Assembly: GCA_046075565.1 (NCBI GenBank)
Contig: JBJTQJ010000082.1
Coordinates: 1 to 64,000 of the forward strand
Direction: 5' to 3'
From: Verrucomicrobiales bacterium
Lineage (GTDB): Bacteria; Verrucomicrobiota; Verrucomicrobiia; Verrucomicrobiales; SLCJ01
DNA length: 64,000 nt
Shown here: positions 29,457 to 40,200 of the stretch, one piece after another
Layout: each line of letters begins with the position of its first letter
Numbering within the stretch: the first letter of the stretch is position 1
Notes under the pieces: generated by a model
The model's input: only the letters and a program-made list of their open reading frames with translations
Database searches by the model: none
Told to the model about the DNA's origin: nothing
Position numbers and translations under genes: made by a program

Positions 29457-30250
29457 CCTTTGATAAATCCCGCCGGAAAGAAGCGGTTGAGCACGATGGT
29501 GAGGAAAAAGTTTGTCACGAGAATCAGGAGGCTGGAGCTGACCACGGCCACGGTCGTGTTCCGGCCGACGCCTTCCGCGCCATTCCGCACATTGAAGCCC
29601 TGCAGGCAACTGGCCAGCACGATGATGATGCCAAAGAAGAAGCCCTTGATGAGCGCGAAGCACATGTCATCCAGACCCGCGTAGGTCAATTGGTGGTGCA
29701 GGAAATAGTTCGAGGGAATATGGAGCACCGGCACCGCCACCACCCACGAGAAGAGAATGCCGAAACCAATCGACTCGGCCACCAACAACGGCATGGAGAT
29801 CATCATGGCCAGCAGGCGTGGCGTGACCAGATAGTCCACGGGATGCACGCCGAGGGCGCGGAGGGCGTCGATTTGTTCCGAGACTTTCATGGTCCCGATT
29901 TCCGCGCACATGGCCGCGCCCACCCGGCCCGCCACCATGAGACCGGCGAGCACCGGGCCGAGTTCGCGGAACATCGCCACCGAGACCACCCCGCCGATGG
30001 CCGTTTCCATGCCGACGGTGCGGAATTGGTAAAAAGTCTGCGCCGTGAGCACGGCTCCCGTGAAAGCACCCGTCACGATGACGACGAGCTGGGAGCCGAA
30101 TCCGGTGGCCACAATCTGGCGACCGACCAGACGCCAGCGCAGTTTCCCCATCACCAATGACTCGGCGATTCCACGCGCCAAGCCACCCATCTCCCCGAGG
30201 TAGGAGAGAAACATGAGCATGCCGTGGCCGAGGAGTCGGAACAATTCCAT
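29453..30250 (-). CDS. mlaE: MlaE-type ABC permease
   Basis: RELGPVLAGLMVAGRVGAAMCAEIGTMKVSEQIDAL, GAEGVGRNTT. Confidence 0.93.
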   Translation of the reverse strand: MELFRLLGHGMLMFLSYLGEMGGLARGIAESLVMGKLRWRLVGRQIVATGFGSQLVVIVTGAFTGAVLTAQTFYQFRTVGMETAIGGVVSVAMFRELGPVLAGLMVAGRVGAAMCAEIGTMKVSEQIDALRALGVHPVDYLVTPRLLAMMISMPLLVAESIGFGILFSWVVAVPVLHIPSNYFLHHQLTYAGLDDMCFALIKGFFFGIIIVLASCLQGFNVRNGAEGVGRNTTVAVVSSSLLILVTNFFLTIVLNRFFPAGFIKG

Positions 30251-30346
30251 GAACGAATCAATCCGCCAGCCCGGCGGACACAGTCGCACTTATTCCCTCA
30301 TTTTCCTCCCGGGGCAAGTTACGTTCCCACCCCAGTCTCGGCCTTT

Positions 30347-30385
30347 TTGCAAAAAAAGTGCAATAAGCCAAAGTCGTGGTATTAT
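30347..30385 (+). promoter_or_regulatory. Candidate Fur/Zur operator overlapping the promoter of the metal uptake operon
   Basis: TTGCA-N7-TGCAA palindrome (30347-30363) over the -35; TATTAT -10 at 30380-30385, 6 nt before the ATG. Confidence 0.6.
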
Positions 30386-30391
30386 CCCCGG

Positions 30392-31294
30392 ATGAAAATC
30401 TTCCGAAATCCATTGCTCATGGGCGCGCTGCTGCTCTTCGGCACATGGGCATCGGCCGCTCCTGTCAAAGTGGCCGCGCTGCATCCCTTGATGGCGGACT
30501 TGGCCCGCCAAGTCGGTGGCGAGCGCGTCGAAGTCTTCGATATGATTGGGGAGGGCGGCGATCCCCACCAATATGAGCCAAGGCCCGATGACCTGCGGCG
30601 GCTCCAGGATTCGGCGCTCATTCTGGCGGGCGGAAAAAGACTGGAATCGTATCTGGACCGGGTGCGCGACACCCTGCGCGGAGTGCCGGTTGTCGAAGTC
30701 GGCCACACGATTCCTTCGCTGACCGTGGGCAAAGACGCGGTCTATGCCTGCTGCCCGGGCCACGCGGCCGGGAGTATGGACCCCCATTGGTGGCACGGAA
30801 TCGAGAATATGCGCCGGGCATCCCGCATCGTTTCGCAAGCCCTCACCTCGGTGGATCCGGCAGGCAAGGATTCCTATGCCGCCCGCGCGACCGCCTACTC
30901 GAATCGGCTCGGCGAATTGAAAGGTTGGGCCAAGGCCGAGCTGGCCAAAGTGCCGCGAGGGCAACGAAAGTTGGTCACCGCTCATAATGCCTTCGCCTAT
31001 TTCGCCCGTGAATTCGGATTCGAGGTGATTGCCGTCGCCGGTCTCAACAAGGAACAGAACACGGCCCCACAGGATCTCGCCCGAACCATCCAATCGGTGC
31101 GCGACTCCGGCATGAAAGCCATTTTTCCCGAAGAAGGCGCGAGCCCGAAGACCGTGGAAAGCATCGCGCGCGAAACGGGAACCCGCGTTGCCGAGCCACT
31201 CATCGCCGATGGCAATGGCACGGGAAAGGATTCCGGATTTGAAGGGATGATCCGCCACAATGTGCGTGTCATTACCACGGCGCTAGCTCCTTGA
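30392..31294 (+). CDS. Zn/Mn ABC transporter substrate-binding protein (ZnuA/TroA family)
   Basis: DPHQYEP, DPHWWH, TAHNAF.YF motifs; signal peptide. Confidence 0.92.
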   Translation: MKIFRNPLLMGALLLFGTWASAAPVKVAALHPLMADLARQVGGERVEVFDMIGEGGDPHQYEPRPDDLRRLQDSALILAGGKRLESYLDRVRDTLRGVPVVEVGHTIPSLTVGKDAVYACCPGHAAGSMDPHWWHGIENMRRASRIVSQALTSVDPAGKDSYAARATAYSNRLGELKGWAKAELAKVPRGQRKLVTAHNAFAYFAREFGFEVIAVAGLNKEQNTAPQDLARTIQSVRDSGMKAIFPEEGASPKTVESIARETGTRVAEPLIADGNGTGKDSGFEGMIRHNVRVITTALAP

Positions 31295-31300
31295 ACCAAC

Positions 31301-31759
31301 ATGCGTTTGTCCCCGCTTTTCGGCACGGCCATGGTGTTGGTGGTTCTCGGACTGCTAGCCATTCCGTTGCAGCGTCTGACCGGTTCCGAACGTGGACGTT
31401 TGCCTTCGGCGGTTGCCGAAGCCACTCAAACGCCCACCACAGCGACTCCCGCCCTCGCGCGCTTGCGCCTGCTCCGAGAGGCGCGGTCCGTCGAGCTTCG
31501 CTCGGATGAAGGTCAGTTGTTATGGAAGGCGGAAAATTTGCCTGCCGGTGAAACCGAAGCGGAAATCCAGGTGGAGATCATCCATGACGAAGCCGTGCTG
31601 CACCTGCGGGCGGAATTTCCCGATGACGGAACCGATACCGCCGTCTTTGTCAGCGTGTTTCCCGATGGACTGGAGGAAAGGAGCGCCCATGCGATAGGCG
31701 GAGCATCCTTCGAGGAACGACTCGTATTCACCTGGCCTCATCACGGCCAACTTCCTTGA
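31301..31759 (+). CDS. Hypothetical membrane-anchored protein inside the metal ABC operon
   Basis: N-terminal TM; 6-nt and 3-nt gaps to its neighbours. Confidence 0.75.
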   Translation: MRLSPLFGTAMVLVVLGLLAIPLQRLTGSERGRLPSAVAEATQTPTTATPALARLRLLREARSVELRSDEGQLLWKAENLPAGETEAEIQVEIIHDEAVLHLRAEFPDDGTDTAVFVSVFPDGLEERSAHAIGGASFEERLVFTWPHHGQLP

Positions 31760-31762
31760 GCC

Positions 31763-32530
31763 ATGACCCACATCCACGATAACTGCGCGCATTGCGGCCA
31801 CCACCATGAACTCAAGGTGGACGGACTTCGCGTGCGCTACCGTGAAACTTTGGCGCTCGATGGCGTCAGTTTCGCCACCACCTGCGGGCGGGCCGTCGCC
31901 TTGCTCGGACCGAATGGCGCGGGCAAAAGCACCTTGCTGAAGGCCATTGCCGGACTGCTCCCCGCTGAGGCCGGCACCGTGAGTTGGCGCGGCACCCGCC
32001 TCACGCGATGGAGCCGTGAGATCGCGTATCTGCCCCAGCGCGAGGATGTGGACTGGAGTTTCCCCATCACGGTCGAAGGTGTGGTGCGCATGGGCCGGTA
32101 TCCCCAACTCGGCTGGTGGAAACCTTTCCGCGCCAGCGATGATGAAGCGGTGGAAAAAGCGCTCGCCACCATGGATCTGCTGGATCTGCGGCGACGGCAG
32201 ATCCGCGCGCTCAGCGGCGGTCAACAACAACGTGTCTTCCTCGCACGCGCCCTCTCCCAAGAGGCACATGTTCTCTTGTTAGACGAACCATTCACCGGTC
32301 TCGATCGGCCTTCGCGCCAGGCGCTCGCCGGACAATTGCGGCAACTCGCTTCCGAAGGTCGCCTAATCATGGCCTCCCATCACGATCTGGCTTCAGTGGG
32401 TGATATTTTCGATGAGGTGTTGTTCGTCCGCCGACAACCGGTGGCTTTTGGTGAAGTCGAAACCACCTTCACTCAGGCGAATATCGAAGCCACCTTCGGA
32501 CCCGGCGGTGGAGGAAAGGAGGTCGCCTGA
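31763..32530 (+). CDS. Zn/Mn ABC transporter ATPase
   Basis: GPNGAGKST, YLPQR..VDWSFP, LSGGQQQR; His/Cys-rich N-terminus. Confidence 0.93.
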   Translation: MTHIHDNCAHCGHHHELKVDGLRVRYRETLALDGVSFATTCGRAVALLGPNGAGKSTLLKAIAGLLPAEAGTVSWRGTRLTRWSREIAYLPQREDVDWSFPITVEGVVRMGRYPQLGWWKPFRASDDEAVEKALATMDLLDLRRRQIRALSGGQQQRVFLARALSQEAHVLLLDEPFTGLDRPSRQALAGQLRQLASEGRLIMASHHDLASVGDIFDEVLFVRRQPVAFGEVETTFTQANIEATFGPGGGGKEVA

Positions 32531-33375
32531 TGGACTGGTTGAATGAAGCGCTCGCCTTCCCGCCGAACCAGCGCGCCCTGCTCGCCGCGCTCCTGATCGG
32601 CGGCACCAATGGATACGCCAGCGCGTTTGTCGTGCTGCGCAAGTCCGCCCTCAAAATCGGCTCTCTCTCGCATGCGCTCTTGCCCGGCATCGCGGTCGCC
32701 ATCCTCATCGCCGGCCTTGGGGACGGTGTCACTTTCCTTGGCGCCCTGTTCGCGGCCCTCATCATCGGGCTTGGTTCCCTCGCGGTCTCACGCGGCTCGC
32801 GCCTCGACCAGGATTCCGCCCTCGCCATCCTCTACACCGCCGCGTTCAGCGGTGGCATCATCCTACTCCGCCGCCTGGGCGTGACCCAAGAAATGGACGC
32901 ATGGCTTTTCGGCAACATCATGGGCCTGCGCGACACCGACCTCTGGACAAACTGGGGCATCTCTCTCGTCGCCCTTGGCCTGCTCACCGCTTTGCACCGT
33001 CCTTTGCTCATGACCATGTTTGATCCCGACGTGGCCGCGACGCTCGGGGTCCCGGTGCGCGCGTTGAATTACCTGCTCTTCGCGGTTCTCATCGTCGTGC
33101 TCGTTTCATCGTTGCAGGCGGTCGGCTGCATGCTCGCGCTCGGCCTCATGGTCACGCCCGCCGCCATCGTTTATCTGCTCACTGATTCCACCAATGCCCT
33201 CTTCTGGGGCGGTGCATTGATTGGCGCCCTCGGATCCGCCGCCGCCGTCCTGATCGGTTGGTGGCTCAACATCGAACAAGGCCCGGCCATCGTGCTGCTG
33301 CTCGGGTTGCTCTTTGTCACCGCCTTAATCTTCAGCCCGCGTTACGGACTCCTCCGCACCCGCGCTGCCCAATAA
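32530..33375 (+). CDS. Zn/Mn ABC transporter permease (ABC-3)
   Basis: LSHALLPGIAVA, LFGNI, FDP..A...G, AVG..L. Confidence 0.92.
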   Translation: MDWLNEALAFPPNQRALLAALLIGGTNGYASAFVVLRKSALKIGSLSHALLPGIAVAILIAGLGDGVTFLGALFAALIIGLGSLAVSRGSRLDQDSALAILYTAAFSGGIILLRRLGVTQEMDAWLFGNIMGLRDTDLWTNWGISLVALGLLTALHRPLLMTMFDPDVAATLGVPVRALNYLLFAVLIVVLVSSLQAVGCMLALGLMVTPAAIVYLLTDSTNALFWGGALIGALGSAAAVLIGWWLNIEQGPAIVLLLGLLFVTALIFSPRYGLLRTRAAQ

Positions 33376-33434
33376 AAAACACCCATGAACCATCGTCCCT
33401 CCTGAAATTCACCACTATCACAAACAAACAAACC

Positions 33435-34757
33435 ATGAAACACCGCCCATCCCTGTTCCTTGCTGCTCTGGCCGCACTCACGCCCGCGATTTCGATCGCC
33501 GGAACCCAACCCGCTCCAGCAGCCCCTGCCGAACCGCCCATATCGGATTGGGAAAAATTCAACAATTGGAATATCGGAGGAGTGCTCTTTCCGAACGTCC
33601 ACATGCACGGCATCGGCGGATGGTCGACCGACGAACCGGAAGATCTTGCCACCGGCGGCCATGATCCCCGCCGCGAAGCCTTCTCCGCCCAAGCCATCGA
33701 ACCGGGGATTTCCCTGCGCACCAAATACCTCGAAGGATTCGTCAACGGCATCTTTTTCCAAGATGGCGAAGGGGAATGGGACAGCGAGTTGGAAGAAGCA
33801 TTTGGAAAGATCACCAATCTGCCCGGTGGATTCGAAATCAAAGGCGGCCAGTTCCTTTCCCGCTTCGGCATCCAGAATGCCACCCACCTCCATGCGTGGG
33901 ATTTCGTGGATTCGGAAATCGTGAACAGCCGGTTCCTCGGTGAACACGGTATCCTCCTGCGTGGAGCCGAGGTCTCCTGGACTTTGCCTCTGGGCACGGA
34001 TCCCGGGTTTGTCTCCATCGCCAGCGTCGGTTACGGCGAGGCCCGGCCGCATGAGCATGATCACGACCACGGTGGTCACGACCATGAACACGAGGAAGAA
34101 GCACCCTTTGAAGGCGAGGAAGCGACCCTCGATCAAAACATCTGGACGGCCCGACTGATGGGACGCTACCGCCCGTCCGATTTCCACCAGTTCACTGGTG
34201 GTGTGTCGTGGGCCGGCGGAGACAACTCCTTCGGACGTTCCACCGATGTGGCCGGAGTCGATTTCGAATATCTCTGGCGTGAAAATGGTCTGGAAGCCGG
34301 AGGTCGCGCCCTGCGCTGGCGCAACGAGGTCCTTTGGCGTCGGGTCGGCGCGTTCTCATCCGGAGAACACGATCACGGCCACGAAGAGGAACATCATGAT
34401 CACGATGAAGAAGATCACGGTCATGAAGAGGACCACCATGATCACGGGGAAGAAGACCACGGCTCTGAATCCATGTCCGGCACCTACGAGGAACTCGGAC
34501 TTTATTCCACCCTCGTTTACACATGGAATCCCCGCCTCGACACCGGGCTGCGTGTTGGTTGGGTGGAGGGTATCGAAGACTTCGGCGAAGACGAGCGCCT
34601 GCGCATCTCCCCGAATATTTCCTATTGGTTCGACGATGGCCGCCGCATCGGTGCCCGCGTCCAATACAACTACGATAACATTTCCGGAGCTGAGGACGAA
34701 CACTCCGTCTGGTTCCAACTCAATATCGCCCTCGGTTCGATTAACGAGGTGCGTTGA
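33435..34757 (+). CDS. Outer-membrane beta-barrel protein with His/Asp/Glu-rich loops (putative Zn uptake)
   Basis: Signal peptide; GGHDP, LEEAF, G..N..HLHAWDFVD; two His-rich loops; last gene of the metal operon. Confidence 0.8.
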   Translation: MKHRPSLFLAALAALTPAISIAGTQPAPAAPAEPPISDWEKFNNWNIGGVLFPNVHMHGIGGWSTDEPEDLATGGHDPRREAFSAQAIEPGISLRTKYLEGFVNGIFFQDGEGEWDSELEEAFGKITNLPGGFEIKGGQFLSRFGIQNATHLHAWDFVDSEIVNSRFLGEHGILLRGAEVSWTLPLGTDPGFVSIASVGYGEARPHEHDHDHGGHDHEHEEEAPFEGEEATLDQNIWTARLMGRYRPSDFHQFTGGVSWAGGDNSFGRSTDVAGVDFEYLWRENGLEAGGRALRWRNEVLWRRVGAFSSGEHDHGHEEEHHDHDEEDHGHEEDHHDHGEEDHGSESMSGTYEELGLYSTLVYTWNPRLDTGLRVGWVEGIEDFGEDERLRISPNISYWFDDGRRIGARVQYNYDNISGAEDEHSVWFQLNIALGSINEVR

Positions 34758-34782
34758 GACCGCAAGCGCTTGAGACCGAACC

Positions 34783-34810
34783 CGGAGCAAGATCGTCCGA
34801 TCTTGCTCCG
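34783..34810. repeat. REP-like palindrome (GCAAGA..TCTTGC family)
   Basis: CGGAGCAAGATC-gtcc-GATCTTGCTCCG between convergent genes. Confidence 0.7.
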
Positions 34811-34903
34811 TAAAGGATCAATGTCCCGACACGGATCCAACCATCCATCTGACCCTCCCGGACAAACTGCCCAAAAAGACTTTTCCGAGCCGATCGCTTC
34901 GCT

Positions 34904-36145
34904 TCAAGACCCGCTTCGCACCACATCTTCCGAAACACCTCTTAAGGCGAAGACGCGCAAGATGGTGGCTTCGATGAGGTTGTTCGGGCAAGAGGCTCCG
35001 GCGGTGATGCCGACGGCGATCGGCCCATCACCGAGCAACTTCTCGCTGTAGCTGGTTTTTTCGCTCTTGGAGTGCAGATCGAAGTGGATGATTTCCTCCA
35101 GCGAGCGCAGGCAGGTGGCGTCGTGGATGAAGAAGGTCGGCAGGTGTTCCTCGGCGATTTCGACGAGGTGGGTGGTGTTCGAGCTGTTGTAGCCGCCGAC
35201 GACCAGCATGACCTCCATGGGCTCCTTGAGCATGCCGAAGAGAGCATCCTGGCGCTCCTGGGTCGCCCCGCAGATGGTGTCGAACATGCGGAAATTCTCC
35301 GCGTTGCCTTGGTCGCGATCCGCGATGGCGGCTTCAACCCGGCGCTGCAGTTCTTCGGTTTCCGACTTCAGCATGGTGGTCTGGTTGGCCACACCGACTC
35401 GTTTGAGATGCAGATCCGGATCGAAGCCCTCGGAGATGGCGTGCTGGAAACGCTTGAGGAAAGCCTCCCGATCGCCGCCATGACGGATGTAATCACATAC
35501 GGCATCACATTCGGCCAGGTTGAGTGCGATGATGTAGTGCCCATCCCCTTTTTCGCCGAGGGCGCGGGAAGCGGTAGCGCGGGTTTCCTCGTGCCCGGCC
35601 TTGCCATGAATGATGGAAGTGAATCCTTCCTTGGCGTAGCCGCGCACGCGCCGCCATACGCTCATCACGTCGCCGCAGGTTGTATCCACGACTTTGCACC
35701 CGCGTTCCTCGATCTTCGACATGTATTCGACCGGCGCTCCGAAGGCCGGCACGATCACCACATCGTCTTCGGTTAGATCGTCGTATTCGGCGGTCAGCTC
35801 GCGCCATTCGAGGCGGCGGATGCCCATACTCTCAATCTGGCGGTTCACTTCCGGGTTATGGATGATTTCCCCGATGAGAAAGATCCGGTTTTCCCGAAAG
35901 ACGCGCCGGGAGGCATAAGCGAGATCGATGGCGCGTTCGACGCCGTAACAAAAGCCGAATTGCTGGGCGAGCAGAATGGTCGTGTTGCCGATGGTCAGCC
36001 GGCCACCGGAGGAACGGATCTTTTCCACCACCGAGCTGCGATAGTGGTTTTCCACTTCGGCCGTAACCAACGACATCACTTCCGGTCGGCGGACATTGAC
36101 TTTCCGCGACTTGGGAGCGGGCGTGGCGGGGGCGGGAGAATCCAT
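34904..36145 (-). CDS. ispH: 4-hydroxy-3-methylbut-2-enyl diphosphate reductase
   Basis: FGFCYGVERA, IIHNPEV, DTTC, HEET, NQTT, DTICGATQERQ, SSNT, TAGAS. Confidence 0.96.
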   Translation of the reverse strand: MDSPAPATPAPKSRKVNVRRPEVMSLVTAEVENHYRSSVVEKIRSSGGRLTIGNTTILLAQQFGFCYGVERAIDLAYASRRVFRENRIFLIGEIIHNPEVNRQIESMGIRRLEWRELTAEYDDLTEDDVVIVPAFGAPVEYMSKIEERGCKVVDTTCGDVMSVWRRVRGYAKEGFTSIIHGKAGHEETRATASRALGEKGDGHYIIALNLAECDAVCDYIRHGGDREAFLKRFQHAISEGFDPDLHLKRVGVANQTTMLKSETEELQRRVEAAIADRDQGNAENFRMFDTICGATQERQDALFGMLKEPMEVMLVVGGYNSSNTTHLVEIAEEHLPTFFIHDATCLRSLEEIIHFDLHSKSEKTSYSEKLLGDGPIAVGITAGASCPNNLIEATILRVFALRGVSEDVVRSGS

Positions 36146-36165
36146 GACGGGGCACGATACGTCGC

Positions 36166-36831
36166 TCAATCGACAAACAGCGGGCCTTCCGTGCCCAGAT
36201 TGAACATCTTGTCGGTCAGCAGGATGTTCGGCGGGAACTCGGGGTCGTTGTAATCCTGCGGACGCGGGAGGTTTTTCCCGATGGTGGCATCTTCCGGTTG
36301 GGTGCGGGCGACGTTAAGAGGCGTGCCCTCCCTTACCAAGGCGAAGAAACTCGGCGCGACATTGAAGTGGATGCGGACGCAACCATGGCTCTTCGGATAG
36401 GGCCAGACCCAGCCGGCATGGATTCCATAGGCGGGTTTGAATTCGCACCAATACCCCATCGGATAACCGACGTAGCGTTCGCCCGCGGTGCGACTGCCGG
36501 GGGCTCCGCCCCGGACGGAGCCGGTCTTGTCATTCACGAGGAAGCCCTGGGTGAATTTACGGCGCTGTTTCTGCTTCGAGTAAATGGTGAAATTCCCCAT
36601 GGGCGTCGGCGTCGAGGGCGGGCCGACCGTGCAGGCGGTGACAAGGAGCGGCTTGTCGCCCTCCATCACGTAGATGGCCTGGTTCGAGGTGCTGATTTTG
36701 ACGCGCACGGCCGAGGGGTTGGTCGGGCGTTTGGCCGGACTGTCGAAATTCCCGCGCGGACCGGTGGTCTGGCAGGAAACAAGGAGCAGGCCGCCAACGG
36801 CCGCCATCAGGATTCGAAGGGGGAAATTCAT
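36166..36831 (-). CDS. L,D-transpeptidase family lipoprotein
   Basis: Lipobox LVSC; TPMGNF, YGIHAG...SHGCVR. Confidence 0.9.
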   Translation of the reverse strand: MNFPLRILMAAVGGLLLVSCQTTGPRGNFDSPAKRPTNPSAVRVKISTSNQAIYVMEGDKPLLVTACTVGPPSTPTPMGNFTIYSKQKQRRKFTQGFLVNDKTGSVRGGAPGSRTAGERYVGYPMGYWCEFKPAYGIHAGWVWPYPKSHGCVRIHFNVAPSFFALVREGTPLNVARTQPEDATIGKNLPRPQDYNDPEFPPNILLTDKMFNLGTEGPLFVD

Positions 36832-37002
36832 GGCCGCCACTATTACCATGGTCCCGCCGTCCGGTCAGGCAAAATTTTCTTTTTCCCGTGCCCGCAGGGT
36901 GTTCCTCATCGGATGAGGAAATTCACGGCAAATTCTTGAGACGAGGTGCGCCGTTGTGGCCAAAGCTCCGGCAGCCGGATGCGACGGTGATGCTAAATCC
37001 CA

Positions 37003-37095
37003 AAAAGCGCCGTCGCTGCCGGCGCAGTCCAAAACAGCCACTGCTCAAGCTCAAGTGTGGAGTGCGGTGGCACGCGAAGCACGACACCGCTTTGG
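37003..37095. repeat. Divergent pair of TGGA(G/C)TGCG..CGCTTT REP-like palindromes
   Basis: 37003-37034 (minus) and 37057-37095 (plus); same family as the 9366-9395 core. Confidence 0.65.
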
Positions 37096-37273
37096 CGGAG
37101 GACGCCCCATCCCAGAAAGCGCGATCTCAGCCGGGGAAGTCCAACACCGCCAAGGCCCAAGCGCAGGTGGGGGAGCACGAAAATTCCCGGTTTCCGGGTG
37201 CCTGCCGAAAATTTTCGTCACATTTGGCACTGGCAAAGTCAACGACATTCTGGAATAACTGGGAAACACTGCC

Positions 37274-40200
37274 ATGAAACTTATCCGCCGCCTCCGCGCG
37301 TTGCTCCTGCCCGTCGTCATTTTTGCCGTCATGACCACTCCAAATTCGCCCGCCGCCCCCCGCGATGCCGATTGGAAAAAAGTCGAGGAGGCCATGTCGA
37401 ATGACCAACCGAAAACCGTCATTGAACTGCTAGGTGGCATCGAAGCCGCCGCCATTGCTGACAAGTCCTGGGGCGAAACCGCCAAGTCCATCGTCATGCG
37501 GATCGGCCTCGGCGGGCGCGTCGAAGGCGGCCCGCAGGCCGCGCTCAAGACCATGGACGCCGAACTCGCCAAGGCCCCCGAGGAGGTGAAGCCCATCCTC
37601 AAGGTCATCCAGGCCCATTGGTATCATTCCTACTTCATGCAGAACCGCTGGCGTTTCGCGCAACGTAGCGCCACCTCCCAGCCTCCCGGCGACGACATCG
37701 AAACCTGGGATCTGCCGCGTATCCTCGGCGAAGTGGACAACCGATTCCAGGCCGCCCTCGAAGGAAAAGACGCCATCCGCTCCCAGCCCATCGGCTTGTT
37801 CAAAGAGGTCCTTTCCGCCGCCGCCCTCGGCGATACCGTTCGCCCGACGCTTTATGATTTCATCGCGCACCAGGCCATTGAATTCTATTCCATGGAAGAG
37901 GTCGCGGCTTCCCGCCCGCAGGATGCCTTTCGCATCGCGGCCACGGATCCGGTTTTCGGCTCGGTCGATGAATTCCTCGCTTGGAAACCGGAAACGAAGG
38001 ACACGACCGCGCCAGCCTACCGCGCGTTGATGATTTACAAGGAGTTGTTAGAATGGCACCGGAACGACGCCGAACGCGCCGCCTTCTTCCACTGTGACCT
38101 CGAGCGCATCCGCTGGGCGAGTGAAGCAGCGATCGGTCAGGAAAAAGCCGCCCGCCGCGAGGCTGCCATGCGCGCCTTCATCGAAACAGCCGCCAAAGAT
38201 CCATCAAGCGCCGACGCGCGCTTCGATCTGGCGACGCTCCTCGCCGAAGCCGTAAAATACAAGGACGCCCGCGACATCGCCAAAGCCGGAGCGGACGCAT
38301 TTCCAAAACATCTCTTCGGCCAACGCCTCGCCAGCTTCGTGGCCGAAACCGAGGCGCCATCGCTCGATCTGCAGCTTGAATCCACCTGGACCCCGGCAGG
38401 TTCGCCCATCAAGGTCGACTACCGCAATCTCTCCCGCGTTTACTTCCGCGCTTACCCGCGCAAATGGAGCTTGGGCAAGAACACCATCGACAGCGATCCC
38501 GGACCAGAGGAGCAAAAGGAAGTCGCTGCTCTGGTCAAAGAAAAACCGGTGATTTCCTGGGATGTTCCCTTGCCCGATGCTGGGGATTTCCGCCCGCGGG
38601 TGGCGAATCTCGTCGCGCCTGAAAGCCTCAGGCCCGGGTTCTACTGGATTGTCGCAAGCGGCCGTGAAAATTTTGCCACCAACCAAAACCATCTCTCCGT
38701 CGCGACCGTGCATGTGACCGACCTCGCGATGATCGTTCGTTATGCGCACGGATCCAAGATCATTGAAGGTGTCCTGACCAATGCGGTCACCGGAGATCCG
38801 GTTTCCGGCGTCGAAGTGACCATGGACTACGAACGCAACCGCCTGCCGGGCGTGAGCAAAGAGGCGACCCGCACCGGCGAGGATGGTGTCTTCAGTTTCA
38901 AAGTCGGGAAGGAACACAGCAAGAGAATCTTTCTTGCCGAACGCGAGGGCAACCGCGCCATCGTCCGCCAATACGCCGGATCCGATGAAGGGCGCGAGCC
39001 GCCGGACACCCGCGACGCCATCGTCTTTTTCACCGATCGCGCGATCTATCGTCCCGGCCAAACGATTCAATTCAAAGGCATCTGGTGCCGCACGAACACG
39101 AAGACCAATGAATATTCGACCGTCGCCCGTGCCAACACGACCGTGAGCTTCATGGACATGAACGGACGCGAGGTGGAAAAACTCGAGGTCACCGCCAATG
39201 AAAATGGATCGTTCGCCGGATCATTCACCGCGCCCTCCGGAGCTGTGCTCGGGCATTTCACCATCCGAACCCCGCACGGCGCGACCGGAGTGCGCGTCGA
39301 GGAATACAAACGCCCGAAGTTCGCTTCGGAAATCCTCCCGCCCGAACAGCAGGCCTCCCTCGGCCAGAAGGTCACGGTCAAAGCCAAGGCCACCGCTTAC
39401 ACCGGGGCCGCGGTTGATGGCGCGAAAGTCGTCTGGCGGGTGAGCCGCCAGCCCCGTTGGCCCGGTTGGATTGGCTGCTGCTGGTGGTTCCGCATGCCCG
39501 CGGATACAGGGGCGCAGGAAATCGCCAATGGCGAAGGCGTGACCGCCGCCGATGGCACATTCGCCATTCCCTTTGATGCCCTGCCCGACAAGAGCATCGA
39601 TCCCGCCTCCGAACCGATCTTCGATTTCTCGATCACCGCCGACATCACCGACCAAGCCGGTGAAACCCGCTCGGCCACCTACTCGCTCTCCCTCGCCTAT
39701 ACCGCGCTCACAGCCGACATTGTCCCGCCACAATGGATCGAAGCCGGAAAAGAATTCCCGCTCGAAGTGATGACCTCATCCCACAACGGCCAACCATTGC
39801 CCGCCGATGGTGTGCTGCGTGTGCATCGTCTCAAAGAGCCGTCCGTCACCCCGCGGCCAAATCCCTTTGCCGATGACGGTGCCCCTGAACCGCTGCCCAT
39901 TGATGGAGCGCAACCCGCCGGCGACGAAGATGCCCAACCCGAATCGGCCAATCCCGATCGCTGGGAACTCGGCGATATCGTGGCCGACGCCAAGGTGACC
40001 ACCGCCGCCGAAGGCGACAACAAGGGCTCGGGCGAAGCCAAGTTCACTCTCCAGCCCGGATACTACCGCGCCATTTTCCAAACGAAGGATGCCAATGGCC
40101 GCGACGTGCAGGCCATGTCCGGATTCCAGATCGTCGCTCTCGATGCCACCAACTTCCCGACCAACATTCCCTTCCACACCGACTCGCTCTCTGAACAACT

